A DNA stretch of 64,000 nt from positions 134,540,001 through 134,604,000 of the forward strand of contig NC_042998.1 in the NCBI RefSeq assembly GCF_006345805.1, in the 5' to 3' direction. The translations under genes were made by a program, and so were the position numbers. Source of the stretch: Octopus sinensis (taxonomy: Eukaryota). The notes beneath the pieces were generated by a model. The model searched no databases. It saw nothing but the letters and a program-made list of their open reading frames with translations, and was not told where the DNA came from. Shown here one piece after another: positions 53,100-64,000 of this stretch. Position 1 is the stretch's first letter. Each line of letters begins with the position of its first letter.

Positions 53100-54070
53100 G
53101 AAAGTATGAATATATTCTTTTCATGCTTTTGGTTTCCTCTTTCCCAGTTTTATATTGGGCCAGTAAATTGTTATTTGGTGGAATTGTTTATGTAGATCTC
53201 TTCACAAGGACAATAAGCTTTGTATATGCTTATTTACTTTGTCATTGTTTTGGACTTCATAACCTGCAACACTTCTTTTCAGATTTAGCAAACCCTTTTT
53301 TTTTTTTAATAATACTCTGCAAAGAATTAAAGCCTTGTTCAAGTTCTTGCCTGGTAAAATTTTCCTATAATTTGGTGACATCAAAACAGGTTAGTGATGA
53401 ATATTTTGTTTTCTTGTATTTCTTCTAGTCAGAATACAATCAACCATGTGCCATTTTATGGAACATGAGTGCATCTAAATTCCTTTGTAAATCTTTTAAT
53501 GTTAAAAAATGTGTTTCAACAGTCAAACTCAGTACTGTGTACATCTGTAGCCATTAGAATCGATTTTGATTGTTTCATCTCATGACATACTAAACAGTTA
53601 CATATTTCAGAATTTGACCACAAAACAGATTTTTGCTTTCACCAGAACATTGTTGGTGCATAGATACTGTTGAAGGTCATTGAGTGACCACAGAATGTAG
53701 ATATAAACATAGATATAAGATGGTAATTCAGTAAGATGGGAGACTAATGTTGACTTAACTGCAAAATCTAATCTAGATTCTCCTTTCAGGTTAAATGTCC
53801 TTCCATGCCAAAAAAATCATATAATCACCACTTCTTCTAGCATATTAACTCTCACCAGGTCTCAGCTCAGACAACAATGTCCATCCTATACTTAGCAAGT
53901 TTGAAAGTAATGTAATCAAGGTTCTTACATTCCAATTATCAACTAGAGTGTCAAATATGTGACTTTTTGTAGTTGCTTCAAGATGACCTTGGTGCATGCT
54001 GCATTTCCTCGGAAAACCTGCCAGAACAAACCTGTGAACTTGAGTCTTTAAAGCCCTAGCTGTCATTTAT
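53100..54070 (-). mobile_element. Decayed RTE-type LINE endonuclease fragment
   Basis: DNWNVRTL..LAKYRMDIVV*AET, resembling the GTWNVRTL..DIAALSET endonuclease start. Confidence 0.55.
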
Positions 54071-54098
54071 ATCATTTTGAGTTACATTTCATAAATTT

Positions 54099-54100
<2 letters not shown>

Positions 54101-54165
<65 letters not shown>

Positions 54166-54183
54166 TGTGTGTCTGTGTGTGTA

Positions 54184-54241
<58 letters not shown>

Positions 54242-54262
54242 TGTGTGTGTGTCTGTGTGTGT
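54101..54262. repeat. Long (TG)n microsatellite
   Basis: Direct reading; similar (CA)n at ~48289-48372 and 56257-56340. Confidence 0.95.
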
Positions 54263-54821
54263 TTTTAAGGTTACTAACAAACATTTCTTACTCAAAAGTA
54301 TGTATCAACCAAAAAATATATTAATGAATCTAAAATTACACATCTCTTGTTAATCTCAAAAGAAAGAGATTATAAGTCCGCAAAAATTAACTATCTACAT
54401 CAGAGGTTCCAACTTTTTTTAGTATGATGACTCATGCTGATATATCTCTAATCTGCCTTTTAATATATTTAAATAATAGCATACATGGGATGCATTTTTA
54501 ACATTTACCTTTCATCAATGACTCTTTTCAGTCGTTGGATGCCACCAATGCTGGGACATTGCCTTGAAGGGTTTAGTCAAACAAATAGATCCCATTTTTA
54601 TTTTTAAGTCTTTTACATATTTTATTGGGCTTATTTGCTGAACTGCCAACTTATGGGGGAATAAACAAACCAACACTAATTGTGAATCAGTGTGGGAGAC
54701 AAACACACACATGTAAATACATACATACATAAATACATACATACATACATACATACATACATACATACATACATACATACATACATACATACATACATAC
54801 ATACATACATACATGCATACA

Positions 54822-54853
<32 letters not shown>

Positions 54854-54859
54854 CCATAA

Positions 54860-55200
54860 GCAGTTGTCTGAAAATGTCATCATGGTATTATCTACCAATG
54901 AAACATGATGCTGTAGCTAGGACACTATAATGAAATCCGTCAGAAGGGTAATCCCAAGGACAAAGAAATAAAAACTCACAATATGGTAGAAGCCATACCC
55001 ACTCTTAATGAAAAGGAATATTTGTGGAATGTACCAGTGAAGACCTCAATAAAATGTAAGCATAACAGACCTGATATAATGATTTGAGATAGAAAAGAGA
55101 AACTTTGCACAGTTGTGGAAATTAGCTGCCCAACAGATGTAAACATAAAACTGAAGATCTGTAAAACTGTAAAACTTTCCAGAAGTTTATCATTTAAATA
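54860..55200 (+). mobile_element. RLE-type (R4/NeSL-like) retrotransposon C-terminal fragment
   Basis: HDAVARTLY..WNVPVKTSIKCKHNRPDIMI*DRKEKLCTVVEISCPTDVNI; flanked on both sides by (CATA)n. Confidence 0.65.
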
Positions 55201-55434
55201 CATACATACATACATACATACATACATACATACATACATACATACATACATACATACATACATACATACATACCCTGTTGTTGGTATCAAAATTCCAATG
55301 AAAGAAACTTAGACCTAGGTTAGAAACCGGTTCTTTCTCTATTGGCAAGAAATCTTGAAAGAAACTGAATGATAATATACATACACACACACATACATAC
55401 ATACATACATACATACATACATTACATACATACA

Positions 55435-55610
<176 letters not shown>

Positions 55611-56272
55611 GCATATATACATATACACACACACACACACAAATGCATACACACGCACAAATACATACACATTCTCATATTTATATATGAAGGGCTTCCT
55701 CAAAGTTTCTATCTATAAAATTCACTCACAAGATATTGGTTAGCACTGGGCTATAGTAGAAGGCACTTACTGAAGATGCTGAACAATGAGAGTGAACCCA
55801 AAACCTCATGGTTGCAAAGCAAGCACCTTGACCATGTAGCCACAGTCATCCCATTTGATATTTTTATTTAAAGAAATATTCCTCAGCTTTTTTTAAACCA
55901 TAAATGTTGTATTGTAACCATTATACCATGGCTTATTGTGTAGCATATTCATGAATATTTTATATTTGGTTAAATATTTCAAACAGTGAAAGGTTTTGTC
56001 TTCATAATTCTTTCAGAATGATTCCATGACCATTTAGTTGGAAAGTTTTTTTATCTTTTACTCGTTTCAGTCAAAAGGCTGTGGCCATGCTGGGGCACTG
56101 CCTTGAAGGGGTTTAGTCAAACAAATTGAACCCAGTACTTATTTTTTTCAAGTCTGGTACTTATTCTAGTGATATCTTTTTGCCAAGTAATTAAGTTACA
56201 GAGACATAAACAAACTAACACCAGTGGTCAGCAGAAGTAGAGGATAAACACAAACACACACACACACGCATG

Positions 56273-56343
<71 letters not shown>

Positions 56344-56627
56344 GGTAACTTGAGCTCTTACAAATAGAACCAAATCTCCCTTAAAGAACATCCTTTCATC
56401 AAATGATGATGCAGATTTACAGTATTTCAGGAAGAAAAACAAAAAAATCATGTGCTGGATCTGCTACATCAGAGGCAACTCTGGGCTAAACAAAACACAG
56501 ACAAACATACTTCACATAAAAAGATTATCATCTAAATAATACTAAGGAAGTTGACAGTGTATCTTTGAAGTTTTATTCCCTGGTAAAACTCCATGAATTT
56601 TAAACATTTTCTCATTATGCTCTAAGA

Positions 56628-59484
56628 CAGGGGTCTCCAAAGTTTTCCAGCGGAGGGCCACATTGCTGAATTTTTAAAGCTACGGGGGCCAAGGTTCTAA
56701 ATTATTTATTTTACCAAAATAATATAAATAAATAGTGAATTAATAATTAAAAAAGGTTATTTATTCAGTACATAATCACAATGTATATAATATCAGTAAC
56801 AATTAACATGTTTTTTTTAACTTTGATCAATAGGGGAAACATGAAATTGTTTCATTTCTGACAAAATTTTGTCCAACTGAGGTTCAAAATGAGTGGTTCC
56901 AATAACAAGCAATGCATTTAAATGTTCATCAGACAATTGTAATCTGTAGCAGGATTTTGTGTATTCCATCTTTGAAAAAGTCTTCTCACACAAATATGTG
57001 GTGCCAAAAACTGAAATGAATTCACAGGCAAACCTCCTTAAATGAAGAAATTGGTCGGATGGAAGGCATTTGTAGAATTCAATCAAATTTCCCTCTTTAT
57101 ATTTGTCCTTCAGGATGTCATTGGATTGCAAATCAATAACTTCCATTTGTAACTCAGAAGGTAAGTCTCCAATAACAGAGTTAAATGGATTTTCAAAAAT
57201 TCTTAGTTTTGAAGAACATGCATCAAGATCAGAAAAACGTTCTTCAAACTGTTGTTTCAAAGCTAAAATGACATCTTGAGCAAACAAGTTTGGAAATGGA
57301 GTGGCAGCTTCCTGTCTATATTTGTCACATCGTGAAAAATGAGTAAAGCAGCTTCTTGTTAACTGACTTTCAAATAGTATTAATTTCTTACGAAAAGCTT
57401 TCACCTTTGAGTACAAATCACAGATGAGTGAAGTTTCACCTTGTATCCGTAGGTTGAAATCATTGAGATGCATAGTTAAATCGGCTGAAAATGCTAATTT
57501 CCAGAGCCATTCACTGTCTTTGAGCAACACCTGTGAATGGTTTTTCTCATTTAAAAATATTTCAATTTCAGTTCGAAGCTCAAAAAATCTAGCCAGAATT
57601 TTTCCATAGCTAAGCCATCTTACTGAAGTATAGTAAGGTAGGTCTGGAAACTCAGCATTCATTTCCTCCAAGAAATCACGAAATTGGCGATGTTTGAGTC
57701 CATGAGATCTTATGTAGTTAACAGTGGAAATCACAGGATCTAATACAGATGATAAATCAAGATGCTTTCCACACAGTGCTTGCTGATGAAGAATACAATG
57801 CAATACCAAAGGTTTCAATCCACCGGAATTCTCAATTACTTTGTTAATTTGCCCAACTAAGCCCTTTTTGGTTCCACACATATTTCTGCCACCATCTGTT
57901 GTTATGCATTTTAGTTTTTTCCATTCCAAATTATACTCAGCCACTGACTTTTCCACTTCTCTAAAAATATCTATGCCTGTTGTTGTTCCATGCATGCTGT
58001 GCACAGATACAAGTTCCTCAGTAATCTCAAAATTGGCATTTATTCCTCTGATGAACAATAACAATTGGGATGTGTCTGATACATCAATTGACTCATCAAG
58101 TGCAACAGAAAAGCATACAAACTTGCTGGCTTTGTCTTTTAGCTGTGATTTAATATTTCTTTCAATATGTTCAACCCTACGAGCAACAGTGTTCGCAGAA
58201 AGACTAATTGCGGAAAATAAATCTACGTTTTCTGGACACATTTCCTTAGCTACCTCATTCAAGCACTTTTTAATAAGTTCACCATCTGTAAATGGCTTAC
58301 CTTTCTTCGCCAAAAGGTTAGCAACATGGAAGCTTGCTCTTGTTGCTCTCTCTTTTTCTACAGCCTTCTTCTTGAAAACAAACTGCATTGATGATAAATT
58401 CTTCTTTAATTTGTCAAATTTCTCTTTACGTAGCTGTCCAATGAATTGGTAGTACTGTGATGAATGCTTTTTTTCATAATGTCTCCGAATGTTGTACTCT
58501 TTAAGTACTGCAATTGTGTCGGTGCATATAACGCATAGTGCCTTGTTGTTTGACTCTATGACAAAATAGTCTATGTTCCATTGTTCCTTAAAAACTCTAC
58601 ACTCAGAGTCGATTTTTCGTTTTCTTCCTTGAGCTGACATTTTTACCATGGGTCGACAGATTTTGCTCGACGATATATGTAAAAGGACGAAACAAGTAAA
58701 AACAATATTCACAGGTCACTCGATACGTGCATTCACTTCGGCAGCGACGACGACAAATGACTCACACTTGTGCACAACGAAAACGCCAAGTCTGTGCTGA
58801 CTGACGGAATGCGCATCGAACTTTACTCCACGCTGATTGGCGACTGCACCAGGATTAGAAACCACCACACAACGTCAGGCTCAACCCTCTCTATTCATCG
58901 CTCGTGAGATGTAGGTAACATCGATAAATCGATATTTGTCTTCTTTTATTATACTAGGCACGGGACTTTTATTAACGTCATACTTGTCGTATCTGCTCTC
59001 TCGACAGTTGACGGAATAGGTTGACTTTTCTGCGACATCAATAAAGCTAGAAATTGAATCTCTGCTTCATTGTAAGCAGCACCATCCATCTCACTGACAA
59101 TCGCCTATTATCTAAGATGAATGATAGGTAGCTCCATAGTGAAGTTAATTCATTTTATGGTGGTTCTGATGGGTCAGTTAAAACGGGGGGAGTGGAAAAG
59201 AACCTATATTTACACTAAAGTTTAGTGTATAAATTTTTAATTCGCCGGCGCAATTTAAAGACATTAATTGATGGCAAATCAATTAGCGTCGTCTTGCGTC
59301 TATTTGCTGTACTATATTTGTCAAACGTATTAAAAGGGGTGTAAAGTATATTTGTTTTTGTATGATTTCGGCAAGGCTTGTTTTTCGACATTTGTTTTAT
59401 AATTTTGGAGGACAGCTCGGCGGGCCGGATTAAAAACCTTGGCGGGCCGAATTCGGTCCGCGGGCCGTACTTTGGAGACCCCTG
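56628..59484 (-). mobile_element. Intact autonomous-type hAT (Charlie-group) DNA transposon, 2,857 bp
   Basis: Perfect 16-bp TIR CAGGGGTCTCCAAAGT. Perfect 8-bp TSD CTCTAAGA (56620-27, 59485-92). Uninterrupted transposase ORF. Confidence 0.97.
56817..58649 (-). CDS. hAT transposase (~607-610 aa; ATG at 58649 or 58640)
   Basis: BED-like finger (CVIC..RHYEKKH), ALDESID (D), TTDGG (D), HCILH (CxxH), SVRWLS, TTYLCEKTFS (E). Confidence 0.92.
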   Translation of the reverse strand: MVKMSAQGRKRKIDSECRVFKEQWNIDYFVIESNNKALCVICTDTIAVLKEYNIRRHYEKKHSSQYYQFIGQLRKEKFDKLKKNLSSMQFVFKKKAVEKERATRASFHVANLLAKKGKPFTDGELIKKCLNEVAKEMCPENVDLFSAISLSANTVARRVEHIERNIKSQLKDKASKFVCFSVALDESIDVSDTSQLLLFIRGINANFEITEELVSVHSMHGTTTGIDIFREVEKSVAEYNLEWKKLKCITTDGGRNMCGTKKGLVGQINKVIENSGGLKPLVLHCILHQQALCGKHLDLSSVLDPVISTVNYIRSHGLKHRQFRDFLEEMNAEFPDLPYYTSVRWLSYGKILARFFELRTEIEIFLNEKNHSQVLLKDSEWLWKLAFSADLTMHLNDFNLRIQGETSLICDLYSKVKAFRKKLILFESQLTRSCFTHFSRCDKYRQEAATPFPNLFAQDVILALKQQFEERFSDLDACSSKLRIFENPFNSVIGDLPSELQMEVIDLQSNDILKDKYKEGNLIEFYKCLPSDQFLHLRRFACEFISVFGTTYLCEKTFSKMEYTKSCYRLQLSDEHLNALLVIGTTHFEPQLDKILSEMKQFHVSPIDQS

Positions 59485-60076
59485 CTCTAAGACATAAAGA
59501 TTATTCAGGCAGAATTGCCTCCCTTAGCAAAACACCTCGTTTTCGAGGTTATCTTTGTAATAAAAAGGAGTTGTAGTGCACAAAACATACTTTATTTGGG
59601 AACCGAAAGATTACTGAATCATTTGATACCTCATATGTCAAAATCAACAAATCACTTTTCGACTACATAAGGAACATACGCTCGTGTGTGCGCACACACG
59701 CACACAAACTCTGTTTCATATATATATATATAGATATCTGTATCCAGGCATTTTAGAAGCTACAATATTTCATTGTATTAATATTGCTATGTCTGCTTGC
59801 ATAATTATTGTCATAGTGAAAAATCAATATCAATAATTTATATCAGTGCTTAAATTCAGTTTTCATACTGATGGAAAATCTAACTCACACAGGATAAGAG
59901 GTCAATCTATTGCATGCATTTTCCTTGGAAAAATGAAAATGAATAAACAGCCCATTACAGATTGCCCAAAGCTATATGGTCTGCAATATGTATGTGTGTG
60001 TGTGTGTAAATATGCATGTACACATCCACACACATATGCATACATGTATATATAAAAATATATATACATATACACA

Positions 60077-60286
60077 TAATAAAGATTTTAAAAATGTTTA
60101 CTACCTGTGGCCTAATGTGTAGAAAAATTAGTCAATAGACAATAAATACAGTGTACATTTAAACACATAAAAGGTATCCTTCAGTGTTTAAATGTACACT
60201 GTATTTATATGAATAATATATAGTCTATTGACTAATTTTTCTACACACTAGGTCACAGGTAGTAAAAATTTCTAAAATCTTTATTA
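60077..60286. repeat. 210-bp fold-back element
   Basis: taataaagatttt...aaaatctttatta, with a perfect inner arm ataaatacagtgtacatttaaacac. Confidence 0.85.
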
Positions 60287-60944
60287 CCCTGATATTAATT
60301 ATTGATAATTTTTTTCTGGAGAATTGTTCGAAGAAATACATATACACATATATATATATTATAGACATTAAAAAAGAGAATGGAGAATTATATATTCTCA
60401 AAAGCTTTAAGAGTGACTCTAGGTTTAAATAATAACAGATTTATTGTTATATCATATTTCACAACGACCTCTGCTATTTTCTTTACATGCCTCCACACCT
60501 AAATTATACTTAGAATAAGACTGTCAAACACCGAACTTGTCAGTTTGCTTCAAAAAGTCCATAAATAAATAAGTAAAGCTGCAGAGATTCATATGCAATG
60601 GATGAATTTATTATGCATTTGAACAAACAAAACACAACTGGAAACCACATCTTAGGATATTTATGCAGTAGAAACATATTTGGACAGAGATTTAAACTGA
60701 ATGAATTGTATATAATACTGTAATAAACAAGCTTTTGAGGATGTACAATTCTTCATTCTTACTTTTGAAGCCTTGACCATACACTCTCTATACTGAATTT
60801 GGGATTTACTCATTGGTTGAAATACTGTGTAATTGTTTACCTTAAAGAATTTCTTGTCATTTCACATCATTTGATGTGGTTAACCAGAACTGGATTATAC
60901 TAGAGTGCTTGTAAGTTACCTGCCCAGATTCTAAATCTTGATTC

Positions 60945-60992
<48 letters not shown>

Positions 60993-61016
60993 GTATATAT
61001 TATATATATACACATA

Positions 61017-62236
61017 CCATGGAAAAGAGACATTACTGTCAGCTATACAGTATAGTAGGATCAGTTGGGCTCCATCTATGAGAAAACAGCATTATGATGC
61101 AATTCACTCTGCCAGAAATTTGGAAACGACATGCTGTACTGCTTGGTATTCGTGTCAGAAGCTCCAGTATGAACATTTCAGAGTGTTTGAGTGTCAATCT
61201 GAAGACGGTGCAGAGGATTTGGAAAGAGTTGGATGAGTCTAACAGTGATTGTGAAGATATGGCAGCTTGGAAAACTCACTCTGATTATTCTGATAAGAAA
61301 AGAACTCCTGAATTTGTTGGCAAGATTCAGGCCATGATTGACAATGATCCCTCCAAGTCAATCAGGTCCATTGCTAGGGACATGGGAGTGTCTGAGTTTC
61401 TTATCAGGTAGGTAGTGCATGAAGATATTTGGTATTCCTCATACAAGATGAGGAAGGGCCAGTTTTTATCCCAAGCCATCAAAGACAAGAGGAACGATTG
61501 TACTATGATGCTTTTGAACAAACTCAAGCATCCCCTCCAACCAAATATGCTTTGGTTTTTCTCAGACAAGAAAGATTTCTGCCAGGGTGAATACACAGAG
61601 CAACCATTGGCTTGCTGTGTCCCCGAAACATGTACTGAAAGTGATAAAGATCAAACATCCAGTCACCATCATAGAGTTTGGAGTGATTACTAGTGATGGT
61701 GACGATATGTCTCCATTCATCTTCCCACACAGCCTCAGACCCAACATGGAGGCCTACATCAAGTGCCTGGAGGAGGTAGTGCTGCCCTGGGTCAAGAGGG
61801 TGGTTGCTAGAAGACCCTATGTCTGGCAACAGGACTCTGTACCATGCCACACAAGCAGGAGAAAACAGTTATGGCTGGCAGACAATTTCTGTGACCTCAT
61901 CACCTCTAACATCTGGCCACTAAACTCCCCAGACTACAACTCCCTTGATAATTATGTGTGGTGTGCAGTTGAGTGAGAGGCCAACAAAACTCCTTGTAAA
62001 ACTAAAGATGAACTGAAGGCAAGCATTCACAAACTTAAACAAGACCATCCAGAAGAGTTGCAGGAGATTCCAAAGTCATCTGGAGGCCATGGTTGGTGAT
62101 TTTATAGAATAAATTTACTCTTTAATATTTCAAGATATTTTTTATGTAATTTTGGTAAATATATCTGTTAAAATGAGATGCCAGCATTATTTTTATTTTT
62201 GCATAATATGGATGACAATTTATTCACCGCACCCTG
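61017..62236 (+). mobile_element. Decayed DD37D (maT-like) Tc1/mariner transposon
   Basis: WFFSD, WQQDSVPCH..WPLNSPDYNSLD with 37 residues between the last two Asp. Right TIR-like end ttattcaccgcaccctg-TA. Stops and frameshifts. Confidence 0.85.
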
Positions 62237-62252
62237 TATGTATGTATGTGTG

Positions 62253-62293
<41 letters not shown>

Positions 62294-62297
62294 GAAA

Positions 62298-62526
62298 GGC
62301 GGCGAGCTGGCAGAAACGTTAGCACGCCGGGCAAAATGCGTAGCCATATTTCGTCTGCCGTTACGTTCTGAGTTCAAATTCCGTCGAGGTCGACTTTGCC
62401 TTTCATCCTTTCGGGGTCGATAAATTAAGTACCAGTTACGCACTGGGATCGATGTAATCAACTTAATCCGTTTGTCTGTCCTTGTTTGTCCCCTCTGTGT
62501 TTAGCCCCTTGTGGGTAGTAAAGAAA
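62298..62526 (+). mobile_element. Young tRNA-derived SINE (second family)
   Basis: ggcggcgagctggcagaaacg..gttctgagttcaaattcc..gcctttcatcctttcggggtcgataaa; CpGs intact. Confidence 0.85.
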
Positions 62527-63305
62527 TATATAAAAATATATATATATATATGTTAAATAAAGTTACAACATGGTCTGGTTTTCATTTTTTTTATTATTGA
62601 TGAACTGATGGCAAGGATTATGGAATCAAATATATATGCTAAATTTGGGGGTTTTTTCCCCTATACCCTTAATGCCCATTTAGATCTCATTATGACACCC
62701 TTTGTTTTCTATTTTAGGCTCCTTTAACTGACAATAATAAAATAGCTTATGTCACCCCTACCCTCCCTCTTTCTGGGAACATACTGACTTCTGAGATTTG
62801 TTTATGTAGTCATAGCGAATTTACAGCCATAGTAAATTAGGGTATTGGGAGAGTATCTGACATTAATTAATTCATTATCTGCAGCTAGAACTTCATTGTC
62901 AGTTCCAAGTGGTTTTAATTCTTAGTGGTAGTAGTATACTAGCTGCATTAGATCTTTTGGTGGTGATAAGGAGATAGATAAATGTAGTTTTATTACCACA
63001 CCATGACCCCCATTGTTATTCTTTTCTGCCATTCCAAATTATAGTTGGGTATTTTCTCCCTAAGTTCATTCTGCTACAATAAGAGCAACAAGCGTGTAAT
63101 TCTTTTATTCTCTAGTTCTGATGAAATATTTGCTAAAAAATGTTAATGGTGTATCCTGTATATTGAAAACCTGTATGGTTTTATGCATTCAAAGAAGGCG
63201 GTGTATTTCAAATTGATGTAATGTTTGCATTGTTCGATTAAATGGAGCTGCCTGAAACAGCCATAATTCACAAGTACCTTGACATCCTAGTTACTTATTT
63301 GCTGT

Positions 63306-63359
<54 letters not shown>

Positions 63360-64000
63360 ATGAGAACAGCTGTGTGTGGAAGTGCCACACCCTAACTGTG
63401 GAAGGGTCCTGTGGAAGAGGTAGACTCAGAAAGACATGGGACAAGGTAGTGAAGCATGAACTTCGAACATTGGGCCTTACAGAAGCAATGACAAGAGACC
63501 AAGACCTTTGGAGATATGCTGTGATTGAGAAGACTTGGCAACTAAAGTGAGATCGCAGCCATGGCTGGTGCCAGTGTTGCATGTCCAGTCCATTTAAAAG
63601 TGCCCTTTATGTGTCAGGCGATATGATATGCTTGAGAAGACTAGCTGTGGCCAGTGCCCTCTGATTGACTCCTGTGCCAGTGACATGTAAAAAGCACCAT
63701 TTGAGTGTGGTTGATGCCAGGTCTGCCCGACTGGATCCTGTGCTGGTGGCATGTAAAAAGCACCATCTGAACGTGGCTGATGCCAGTGCTCCCTGACTGG
63801 CTCCTGTGTTGGTGGCTGTAAAAACCACCATTTGAATGTGGCCGGTGCCACTAACCCCTGACTGGCTCCCGTGCTAGTGGCATGTAAAAAGTACTATCCG
63901 AATGTGATTGATGCCAGGCCCACTTGACTGGCTTCTGTGCCAGTGGTACATAAAAAGCACCCACTACACTCCCGGAGTGGTTGGCGTTAGGAAGGGCATC
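63360..64000 (+). mobile_element. RTE-LINE 3' end with a 66-bp tandem repeat UTR (runs off the window)
   Basis: EGSCGRGRLRKTWDKVVKHELRTLGL; repeat starts at 63650, 63716, 63782, 63847, 63913. Confidence 0.85.

Noticed and set aside
56817-58712. Calling the ORF a GTF2IRD2-like host gene
   Set aside because: Perfect TIRs and TSD and no introns show it is a transposon.
63182-63255. Additional hammerhead copy
   Set aside because: The core has decayed (ttcaaaga; cleavage triplet lost); noted only as a relative of 19342-19430.
63650-63965. Regular repeats as a CRISPR-like array
   Set aside because: The units are wholly homologous with no unique spacers, lie inside a LINE 3' UTR, and the context is eukaryotic with no cas genes.

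Overview
AT-rich, microsatellite-dense eukaryotic DNA. The SINE/LINE content (tRNA-derived SINEs, RTE tails ending in (GAT)n) suggests a cephalopod, probably Octopus; this is inferred, not verified. One host gene is well supported: a + strand mitochondrial [2Fe-2S] ferredoxin (adrenodoxin, FDX1-type body). Its 5' transit-peptide exon was not found. It has two tandem homologous exons (11569-11675, 11739-11851) that can only be used mutually exclusively: one has an FDX2-like 'DLEG' motif, the other an FDX1-like 'DFDGFG' motif. Most of the rest is transposon-derived: an intact 2,857-bp hAT element (16-bp TIRs, 8-bp TSD, open transposase), decayed mariner and DD37D elements, RTE, CR1, CRE and RLE-type LINE fragments, MITEs and SINEs. 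There is also a dispersed set of non-coding, mostly fold-back elements carrying type I hammerhead ribozyme motifs with (near-)palindromic helix III. Three have complete-looking folds (4083-4205 -, 16535-16571 - with a U3:A8 covariation, 49156-49262 +). In the FDX region the intact cores are antisense to the gene and the sense copies are broken.
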